A stretch of DNA of 64,000 nucleotides from Spirochaetia bacterium. Lineage in GTDB: Bacteria > Spirochaetota > Spirochaetia > JAFGXN01. The notes beneath the pieces are model-generated. The model was not told the origin of the DNA. It did no database searches and saw nothing but the letters and a program-made list of their open reading frames with translations. This document shows positions 57,359-64,000 of the stretch, piece by piece (position 1 is the first letter of the stretch; each line of letters starts with the position of its first letter). The stretch spans positions 5,766 to 69,765 of the forward strand of contig JAXEIF010000011.1 of NCBI GenBank assembly GCA_034120015.1, read 5' to 3'. A program made the position numbers and the translations under genes.

Positions 57359-59533
57359 ATGAATCTTTTTGACGGACAGAACAGAGAACCGCTGGCAGCC
57401 CGGATGCGGCCGCGGAATCTGTCGGAATATATCGGACAGAATGCAATCCTCGGCGAAGGCCGCCTGCTGCGCCGCGTCATTCAGGCCGACCGGCTCAGTT
57501 CTCTGATTTTTTACGGTCCGCCGGGAACGGGAAAAACCACTCTGGCCCGCGTGATCGCCAATACCACCAAAAGTGCGTTTGCCTCTCTGAACGCCGTTCT
57601 TTCGGGCATTAAAGAATTAAGAGAGGAAATCGAAGCAGCCAAAGAACGCAAGTCGCTTTACGACAAAAAAACCATTCTGTTTGTTGACGAGGTTCACCGG
57701 TGGAACAAAGCGCAGCAGGATGCACTGCTGCCGTGGGTCGAAAACGGAACGGTCGTCCTCATCGGCGCCACGACAGAAAATCCGTATTTCGAAGTCAACA
57801 AGGCTCTTGTCAGCCGCAGCCGCATTTTCCGGTTAACCTCTCTCACCGAAGAAGAGCTGCGGCAGGTTGCAATGCAGGCGATCGGCGACCGGGAACGGGG
57901 CTACGGGAAATGGCAGGTTGTTTTCGAAGAAGGAGCTTTGGAACATCTGGTGCACACCGCCGAAGGCGATGCCCGCAACCTGCTGAACGCATTGGAGCTG
58001 GCAGTCGAAACAACGCCGGAATCGTTTCCGCCGGAAGAAGGAAGCGAAATCCGAATTACACTGGGTACCGCGGAAGAGAGCATCCAGCAGAAAGCGGTTC
58101 TCTACGATAAAGAAGGCGATTACCACTACGACATCATCAGCGCGTTTATCAAGTCCCTGCGCGGCTCCGATCCCGATGCCGCTCTTTACTGGATGGCGCG
58201 CATGACCGAAGCGGGAGAAAGCCCCCGTTTTCTCTTCCGCCGCATGCTGATTCTCGCCTGCGAAGATGTGGGAATGGCCGATCCGAATGCGATTCGTACA
58301 GTCGAAGCGTGTGCATCCGCCTTTGACCGCATCGGCATGCCGGAAGGTAACTTCATGCTTTCTCTGGCAGCACTCTACCTGTCAACCTGCCCGAAAAGCA
58401 ACACGACACTCTCCTTTTTCGATGCAATGGAAGCAGTCCGCAAAGAATCCAACGGAGAAGTTCCGAACCATTTGAAAGATCCCTCCCGCGACGCCGAAGA
58501 TTTCGGCCACGGAAAAGGCTATTTATATCCTCACGCATACCGCGACCACTGGGTGGCACAGCAGTATCTGCCGAAAACATTGCAGGGGCGGATCTTCTAC
58601 CAGCCCGGCACACTCGGATATGAAGCCGAAATCGCGGGTGGAGTTCGTGAACGGAGAGAACTGCAGCTCTCCCGTTCGGCCGAAACAGACGATTCGGATG
58701 TTCTCACCTTTTCATTTGATAAGGACGAAATGAAGTGGCTGATGCGGATGAACAGCGATCCGAAAGCCGACGGCCGCCTGCGCAGTATTTTATTGGATCT
58801 GATCAAATGGCAGCGGTTTTACAACGTTTTGGATGTCAACGCCGGCGGCGGCTTTTTCGTATGGGAAGCGTTACGACGCACTCCGGAAGGATGCGTGTAT
58901 GCGTTAACGGCGACGGCCGGCGAAAAGGAGTTTATCGATTTTCATGCGCGGGAACTGGCCGAAGAACGGCGCCCGTTTACCGCAACAGCAGCCGCTTTTA
59001 CCGACCGCATAAAAACGATTCCCGCATCACTGCGCTTTGAAATCATTCTGGTGCGCGATCTGTTTTTGAGAGAAAACCGAACGGCGGAAACCGCTGTTCT
59101 GCTGAGACAGAAAGCCGTTGACGGCGCACAGCTGCTGTTAACGCAAACACTGCCGCACGCATCGACGCGGCTGTCGGAGCTGCTCTCACCGCGGCTGACA
59201 CCACCCGAACTGCTGACCGGCATGAAGGAAGCCGAAAACGCAATTTACAGCGACACTTCCAATCCGCTGCTGACACTCTCGGAAGAGCCACTGAAGGCAA
59301 TGTTTGCCGAAAACGGCTGGCAAATCACACACCGCGATGAATACCCGACCGCCGGATTCCGATTTATTCCCAAAGAACGTATCGAAGCCTGGTTTGCCTC
59401 CGACGGCATTTACGGCAGCCGCCTTGAACCGGAGACGGCCGCCGCACTGAAACAGATCTGTCTGAATCAGATAGCGGGCAAAAATCATCCCTGGCAAAAA
59501 AAAATTGTTGCGTTTTTAATGAAAGCATTTTAA
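57359..59533 (+). CDS. rarA: Replication-associated recombination protein A (RarA/MgsA AAA+ ATPase) fused to a ~280-aa C-terminal Rossmann/SAM-methyltransferase-like extension
   Basis: N-terminal 440 aa: LIFYGPPGTGKTTLARVIAN, ILFVDEVHRWNKAQQDALLP, MgsA_C region. C-terminal extension with VLDVNAGGGFFVWEAL (motif I-like), FEIILVRDLF, DGAQLLLTQ. One continuous ORF. Confidence 0.8.
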   Translation: MNLFDGQNREPLAARMRPRNLSEYIGQNAILGEGRLLRRVIQADRLSSLIFYGPPGTGKTTLARVIANTTKSAFASLNAVLSGIKELREEIEAAKERKSLYDKKTILFVDEVHRWNKAQQDALLPWVENGTVVLIGATTENPYFEVNKALVSRSRIFRLTSLTEEELRQVAMQAIGDRERGYGKWQVVFEEGALEHLVHTAEGDARNLLNALELAVETTPESFPPEEGSEIRITLGTAEESIQQKAVLYDKEGDYHYDIISAFIKSLRGSDPDAALYWMARMTEAGESPRFLFRRMLILACEDVGMADPNAIRTVEACASAFDRIGMPEGNFMLSLAALYLSTCPKSNTTLSFFDAMEAVRKESNGEVPNHLKDPSRDAEDFGHGKGYLYPHAYRDHWVAQQYLPKTLQGRIFYQPGTLGYEAEIAGGVRERRELQLSRSAETDDSDVLTFSFDKDEMKWLMRMNSDPKADGRLRSILLDLIKWQRFYNVLDVNAGGGFFVWEALRRTPEGCVYALTATAGEKEFIDFHARELAEERRPFTATAAAFTDRIKTIPASLRFEIILVRDLFLRENRTAETAVLLRQKAVDGAQLLLTQTLPHASTRLSELLSPRLTPPELLTGMKEAENAIYSDTSNPLLTLSEEPLKAMFAENGWQITHRDEYPTAGFRFIPKERIEAWFASDGIYGSRLEPETAAALKQICLNQIAGKNHPWQKKIVAFLMKAF

Positions 59534-59563
59534 AATATGCACAAAATTGAGAGGAGTCATATT

Positions 59564-60175
59564 ATGAAAGCAAAAGAAGTCAGACACGAAGCTCTGATCA
59601 GACTGGAAGGAAACTGGATTGCCATGATCGGCATGACGATTCTTGTTACTGTTCTTTCGGCAGCACTCGGTTCCGTTTATATTTTAATCGCACCGATTCT
59701 GCTTCCCGGAGCCGCTTTGTTTACTTTAAAAGTCATCAGACAGAACAAACCCGACATCGGCGATCTTTTCGGCACCTACAAAAACTACCTGAATGCACTG
59801 GTCGCCATTGTTCTTCAGGGAATTATCATTATCGCCGGCTGTTTTCTTTTTGTCATTCCCGGGATTATTTTTGCGTACATGTTTTCACTGGTTCCGTTCA
59901 TCATTGCCGACGATACAAAACAGAATCTTTCGGCTATCGATATTCTGAAAGAAAGCGCCAGACTTATGAAAGGTTATAAATGGAAACTTTTTTGTCTGTA
60001 TTTCAGTTTTATCGGCTGGATTCTGCTTTGTGTGATCACGTTCGGAATTGCCGCTATCTGGATTTCTCCGTACATGGCCGCATCACACGCCGTTTTTTAC
60101 GACAGCATCAGGGAAACGGATGAAAAAAAATCAGCCTGCGACAATGATACCAGATTCGAAAGTGCCGTGCTCTGA
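59564..60175 (+). CDS. DUF975-family membrane protein. Start at MKAKEV with RBS GAGAGGAG.
   Basis: Four TM helices with the GIAAIWISPYMAASHAVFY C-terminal pattern typical of DUF975. Confidence 0.55.
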   Translation: MKAKEVRHEALIRLEGNWIAMIGMTILVTVLSAALGSVYILIAPILLPGAALFTLKVIRQNKPDIGDLFGTYKNYLNALVAIVLQGIIIIAGCFLFVIPGIIFAYMFSLVPFIIADDTKQNLSAIDILKESARLMKGYKWKLFCLYFSFIGWILLCVITFGIAAIWISPYMAASHAVFYDSIRETDEKKSACDNDTRFESAVL

Positions 60176-60200
60176 GTCTTTATCGCCGAAATTATCACCG

Positions 60201-60229
60201 AAAGCCCTTGACAAAAAAGGGCTTTTTCT
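60201..60229 (+). terminator. Rho-independent terminator with a perfect 9-bp stem; TTGACA sits in the loop and 3' arm
   Basis: AAAGCCCTT-gacaaaa-AAGGGCTTT-TTCTG. Confidence 0.7.
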
Positions 60230-60257
60230 GCATAGTATACAGGATTCCTAATCAAAC

Positions 60258-60330
60258 GGTGGGAGTAGTTCAATGGCAGAGCGTCAGATTGTGGTTCTGA
60301 TTGTTGCGGGTTCGAGCCCCGTCTCCCACC
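60258..60330 (+). tRNA. tRNA-His (GTG) with the characteristic extra G at -1
   Basis: Manual fold: G-1, acceptor GTGGGAG/CTCCCAC, anticodon loop TTGTGGT, T-loop GGTTCGAGCCC. Confidence 0.85.
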
Positions 60331-60335
60331 CTTTT

Positions 60336-60409
<74 letters not shown>

Positions 60410-60416
60410 ATGATTT

Positions 60417-60489
60417 GGGCCGCTAGCTCAGCTGGTAGAGCAACAGACTCTTAATCTGTGGGTCAAAGGTTCGATCCCTTTGCGGCTCA
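60417..60489 (+). tRNA. tRNA-Lys (CTT)
   Basis: Acceptor GGGCCGC/GCGGCTC, anticodon stem-loop ACAGA-CTCTTAA-TCTGT, T arm AAAGG-TTCGATC-CCTTT. Confidence 0.85.
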
Positions 60490-60492
60490 TTC

Positions 60493-60574
60493 GCGGGAAT
60501 GGTGAAATTGGCAGACACGCCGGACTTAGGATCCGGTACCGCGAGGTGTAAGGGTTCAAGTCCCTTTTCCCGCA
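60493..60574 (+). tRNA. tRNA-Leu (TAG), class II with a long variable arm
   Basis: Acceptor GCGGGAA/TTCCCGC, 3-bp D stem, anticodon loop CTTAGGA, 13-nt variable arm ACCGCGAGGTGT. Confidence 0.8.
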
Positions 60575-60617
60575 AGTTTCCAATCCCCTTCCGGATTTAA
60601 TTTTTTCTGCAACACGG

Positions 60618-60646
60618 TTGACAAAAAGCCGAAAATGTTGTAAAAG
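60618..60646 (+). promoter_or_regulatory. Candidate internal promoter TTGACA-17-TAAAAG upstream of tRNA-Gly and tig
   Basis: TTGACA 60618-60623, TAAAAG 60641-60646 (the -10 is imperfect). Confidence 0.4.
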
Positions 60647-60657
60647 GAAAAAGCAAT

Positions 60658-60729
60658 GCGAAAGTAGCTCAGTGGTAGAGCTCCACCTTGCCAAGGTGGA
60701 TGTCGCGGGTTCAAGTCCCGTCTTTCGCT
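60658..60729 (+). tRNA. tRNA-Gly (GCC)
   Basis: Acceptor GCGAAAG/CTTTCGC, anticodon loop TTGCCAA, T arm GCGGG-TTCAAGT-CCCGT. Confidence 0.85.
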
Positions 60730-60735
60730 TATCCG

Positions 60736-60765
60736 AAGCGGCTCGTCGGCGAGTCGCTTTTTTTT
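60736..60765 (+). terminator. Hairpin plus T8 between tRNA-Gly and tig (terminator or processing/attenuation site)
   Basis: AAGCGGCTCG-tcgg-CGAGTCGCTT-TTTTTT. Only about 22 nt lie between it and the tig ATG. Confidence 0.55.
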
Positions 60766-60787
60766 AACACTGAAAAAAGAGGTTGAA

Positions 60788-62143
60788 ATGAAAATCGTCA
60801 GCAAAAAAACGGAAAAACTGGAAAACTCGGCGGAAAAATTAACCGTCACCATCGACAAAAACGAATTACACAAAGCCTACTCCGACCTTCTCAATCACTA
60901 CGCAAAAGAAGCAACCGTTAAAGGCTTTCGTAAAGGCAAAACACCGGTCAATGTGATCGAAAACCGGTTTGGCGAAATCATTAAAGGCGAAGCCGTGATG
61001 AAAGCGATCGACGAAACATGGAAAGAACTGGTTGATGCGGGCGATGTGAAACCTCTGCCGTATGCGGAACCGAAACTGGCTGACGAAGACAGCTTGAAAC
61101 CCGATTGGGAAAACGATTTCATTTTCAGCGTTTCCTATGATGTCGAACCGGAAATTACGGTTGCCGAATACAAAAATATCGAAACGGAAGTTCCCAAAGT
61201 CACGGTCGAAGATTCCGATATTCAGAAAGAACTGGAAAAACTGCAGGATCAGAATGCAATGGTCGTTCCCAAAAAATCGGGTGCGGTCGAGAAAAACGAC
61301 ATCGTTACCATCGACTACTCTCTCCTGGATGACGAAGGCAATGTGATGCCGAAATCCGAACGGCAGGATTTTGTCTTTACGGTCGGAAGCGGATACAATC
61401 TTTACAAACTGGACGACGATATTATCGGAATGAAAAAAGACGAAGAAAAAGTTGTAAAAAAATCGTTCGGCGAGGATGAAAACGCACCGGCTCTGAAAGG
61501 TCAGTCTTTCAACATCAAAGTTAAAATCAAAGAAATCAAAGTTAAAGAACTGCCCGCTATCGACGACGATCTCGCTCAGGACATTAACGAAAAATTCAAA
61601 ACGCTTGACGATTTAAAAGCCGACATTAAAGACAGGCTGACAAAAGCAGTCGAAACCAAACTGAAAGGCAGCAAAATCGAAGCTATCCTGAATAAAATTA
61701 CATCGGAAACGACTTTCGAACTGCCTCAGTCAATGATTGCTGCCGAACAGGACAATGCATGGCAAAACTTCCTGGCACAAAATAACCTGCAGGAAGACCA
61801 GGCTGTGCAGATTCTGAAATATCAGGGCAAGACAAAGGAAGACATTATCAGTGATTTCAAAGAAGCAGCTGTCAAAAACCTCAAAGACAAACTGGTTCTG
61901 AAAGCCGTTATCAAGGCCGAAAACCTGAAAGCCGAGGATGCGGACTACGAAGCCCGCTACGGAGAAATTGCCAAGGCAGCCGGAAAAACGGTTGACGAAA
62001 TCAAAAAGGTTTACGACAACCCCTCTTTTAAGCCGTATCTGGCGGAAGAAATTTTGAACGGAAAAGCTGTCGATTTTCTTATCGGTGCGGCAAAAATCAA
62101 AACCGGTAAAAAGACAACAGTAACCGACTTCCTTTCCATGTAA
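60788..62143 (+). CDS. tig: Trigger factor
   Basis: 451 aa. N-terminal ribosome-binding GFRKGK motif, PPIase domain, C-terminal arm. Confidence 0.9.
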   Translation: MKIVSKKTEKLENSAEKLTVTIDKNELHKAYSDLLNHYAKEATVKGFRKGKTPVNVIENRFGEIIKGEAVMKAIDETWKELVDAGDVKPLPYAEPKLADEDSLKPDWENDFIFSVSYDVEPEITVAEYKNIETEVPKVTVEDSDIQKELEKLQDQNAMVVPKKSGAVEKNDIVTIDYSLLDDEGNVMPKSERQDFVFTVGSGYNLYKLDDDIIGMKKDEEKVVKKSFGEDENAPALKGQSFNIKVKIKEIKVKELPAIDDDLAQDINEKFKTLDDLKADIKDRLTKAVETKLKGSKIEAILNKITSETTFELPQSMIAAEQDNAWQNFLAQNNLQEDQAVQILKYQGKTKEDIISDFKEAAVKNLKDKLVLKAVIKAENLKAEDADYEARYGEIAKAAGKTVDEIKKVYDNPSFKPYLAEEILNGKAVDFLIGAAKIKTGKKTTVTDFLSM

Positions 62144-62167
62144 CAGACATAGAACAAGGAGAAGCGC

Positions 62168-62767
62168 GTGAACGAGCAAAACAACACACTGGTTCCGATT
62201 GTTGTCGAAAGAACGGGTTCGGGAGAACGTTCTTACGATATTTTTTCGCGCCTGCTGAAAGACCGTATCATTTTCATTGACGGAGAAATCAATGATGCGA
62301 CGGCGGACTTGGCGGTAGCCCAGATGCTGTTTCTCGAATCCGAGGATAACGAACGCGAGATCAATCTCTACATCAACTCTCCGGGCGGATCGGTAACCGC
62401 CGGACTGGCGATTTACGATACGATGCAGTACCTGAAATCGGAAGTTCGCACCATTTGTCTCGGTCAGGCCTGCTCAATGGCTGCCGTTCTGCTGGCGGCC
62501 GGAACCAAAGGAAAACGGTGTGCACTGCCCTCTTCCCGCATCATGATTCACCAACCGTGGGGCGGAGCGGGAGGACAGGCTTCCGATATCGGTATCCAGG
62601 CTAAAGAAATTATCCGTCTGAAACAGCTTTTAACCGGATATCTTGCCGATGCATGCGAACAACCGGTCGACAGACTGACAGCCGATCTGGAACGCGATTT
62701 TTATCTGACGCCTCAGGAAGCTCTCTCCTACGGGTTAATCGATAAGGTTCTGGTAAAAAATCAATGA
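62168..62767 (+). CDS. clpP: ATP-dependent Clp protease proteolytic subunit (GTG start, RBS AAGGAG)
   Basis: [43 protein letters not shown] catalytic triad context. Confidence 0.95.
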   Translation: MNEQNNTLVPIVVERTGSGERSYDIFSRLLKDRIIFIDGEINDATADLAVAQMLFLESEDNEREINLYINSPGGSVTAGLAIYDTMQYLKSEVRTICLGQACSMAAVLLAAGTKGKRCALPSSRIMIHQPWGGAGGQASDIGIQAKEIIRLKQLLTGYLADACEQPVDRLTADLERDFYLTPQEALSYGLIDKVLVKNQ

Positions 62768-64000
62768 GCGGCGACGGAAAAAGAACCTGTATCCTTTGCG
62801 GCGAACCGATTCCCGACTGGCTGATTTCTTTCGAAGGAATCAAACCGGGAGTTTATGTCTGCGAAAACTGCATTTCAACCGCGTTTGAAGTATTGCAGGA
62901 AAACACCGAAAAAACACCACAAAAGGCAAAGCCCGATTCGGATTCCGATTTCAACGGCACAAATCCTGTCGAAATTCCGACCCCTTCCGAGCTGAAAGCC
63001 CACCTTGACCGATACATTATCGGTCAGGACAAAGCAAAACGGGTTCTCAGTGTTTCCGTCTACAATCATTACAAACGAATTTTCAAAAAAAATGCCGTTG
63101 ACCCTCAGGTTGAAATCGATAAATCGAATATCCTGCTGCTTGGTCCGTCCGGGTCGGGAAAAACACTGTTGGCACGGACTCTGGCCAAAAAATTAAATGT
63201 TCCGTTTGCTATTGCCGACGCGACCACCGTTACGGAAGCCGGCTACGTCGGAGATGATGTCGAAAACATTCTGCTGAGACTGATTCAAAACGCCGACGGT
63301 GATATCGATAGGGCACAAAAAGGCATTATTTTCATTGACGAAATCGACAAAATTGCCCGCAAATCGGAAAACCGCTCGATTACCCGAGACGTTTCCGGAG
63401 AGGGCGTTCAACAGGCTCTGCTGAAAATTATCGAAGGAACGGTTTCCGATGTTCCGCCCGGAGGCGGACGCAAACACCCGTATCAGGAAATGCTGAAAAT
63501 CGACACGACCAATATTCTGTTTATCTGCGGCGGTGCTTTTGTCGGATTGGATAAACTGATTGCCGAACGCACATCCCGTAAAACGATCGGTTTCGGTGAG
63601 GAAAACAGCAGTCAAAAGCCGTCTCTTTCGGAACTGTACGCCAATATCCATCCGGACGACCTTGTGAAATTCGGACTGATTCCCGAATTAATCGGACGTC
63701 TTCCCGTCATCGTCGGACTGGATGAACTGGACAAAGAGGCGTTGATTCGGATTATCACCGAACCCGACAACTCTATTTTAAAACAGTTCACGGAAATGCT
63801 CAAACTTGACAACGCCGATCTGGATTTTCGCCCGGAAGCAGTTGAGGCCGTTGCCGAAACAGCCCTGAAACGCAAAACAGGAGCCCGCGGCATCCGATCC
63901 ATTCTGGAAAAACTGATGAATGAAGTCATGTTCAAGCTCCCCGATATTCCAGGAAAAAAGACTGTTATCGTTACCAAAGAATGCATAACGGAGAACATCG
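62764..64000 (+). CDS. clpX: ATP-dependent Clp protease ATP-binding subunit ClpX, 3'-truncated by the window edge
   Basis: Own translation from ATG at 62764 (ATGA overlap with the clpP stop): [19 protein letters not shown]...CENC zinc ribbon, [40 protein letters not shown] Walker [11 protein letters not shown] Walker B. Confidence 0.95.
   Translation, partial: MSGDGKRTCILCGEPIPDWLISFEGIKPGVYVCENCISTAFEVLQENTEKTPQKAKPDSDSDFNGTNPVEIPTPSELKAHLDRYIIGQDKAKRVLSVSVYNHYKRIFKKNAVDPQVEIDKSNILLLGPSGSGKTLLARTLAKKLNVPFAIADATTVTEAGYVGDDVENILLRLIQNADGDIDRAQKGIIFIDEIDKIARKSENRSITRDVSGEGVQQALLKIIEGTVSDVPPGGGRKHPYQEMLKIDTTNILFICGGAFVGLDKLIAERTSRKTIGFGEENSSQKPSLSELYANIHPDDLVKFGLIPELIGRLPVIVGLDELDKEALIRIITEPDNSILKQFTEMLKLDNADLDFRPEAVEAVAETALKRKTGARGIRSILEKLMNEVMFKLPDIPGKKTVIVTKECITENI

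Noticed and set aside
58266-59497. Cluster of 60-100-aa ORFs on both strands inside the RarA C-terminal extension
   Set aside because: This is a consequence of high GC content in this segment. None has an RBS or motifs. The high GC itself is reported under the RarA fusion finding.
52497-59533. Possibility that the orphan HsdS TRD plus the methyltransferase-like domain of the RarA fusion form a cryptic restriction-modification system
   Set aside because: They are separated by five unrelated genes on mixed strands. The MTase-like domain has no (D/N/S)PP(Y/F/W) catalytic motif, and no nuclease partner is present.

Overview
This 64-kb window looks like a chromosomal core region from a spirochaete-like bacterium, probably Treponema-like (inference only). 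The basis is the gene content (rnfCD, gap-pgk-tpiA-secG, bactofilin next to an M23 peptidase, many lipoproteins) and signal peptides ending in 'FAQ'. Coding density is about 90% and most genes sit in tightly packed operons.

Minus-strand genes:
- rnfD (partial), rnfC and an unknown 502-aa membrane protein.
- A very long co-directional cluster from 20245 down to 6162: gap, pgk, tpiA, secG, parvulin PPIase, nusB, TPR protein, map, CapA-like protein, two tandem GH3 beta-glucosidase lipoproteins and pcnB.
- pepP.
- A lipoprotein / M23 peptidase / bactofilin / yaaR(DUF327) / ricT(PSP1) / purM / purN / purD / purE operon.
- Two tandem paralogous secreted proteins behind a near-consensus promoter.
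- A GH18 hydrolase.
- murC / yicC / cmk-like / rpoZ / miaA.
- An ABC-F ATPase.
- A rhodanese followed by a 58-aa zinc-ribbon ORF that falls below the ORF-track cutoff.

Plus-strand genes:
- A P-loop+Asp23 fusion protein and a secreted TPR protein.
- galM.
- A DtxR-family regulator translationally coupled to pyrK-pyrD.
- tatD-dusB-dapB-dapA-maa.
- fba and an acyltransferase-3 membrane protein.
- dCMP deaminase, tyrA-like, and a second aldose epimerase.
- yihY.
- An orphan HsdS-like TRD ORF.
- A transglutaminase-like lipoprotein.
- RarA fused to a methyltransferase-like C-terminal extension.
- A DUF975 protein.
- A five-gene tRNA cluster (His, Arg, Lys, Leu, Gly), then tig-clpP-clpX (partial).

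I found no CRISPR array, transposase, integrase or recognisable defence island. The unusual features are mostly domain fusions, small or unannotated ORFs, start-codon corrections and promoter/terminator architecture, including several apparently leaderless genes.
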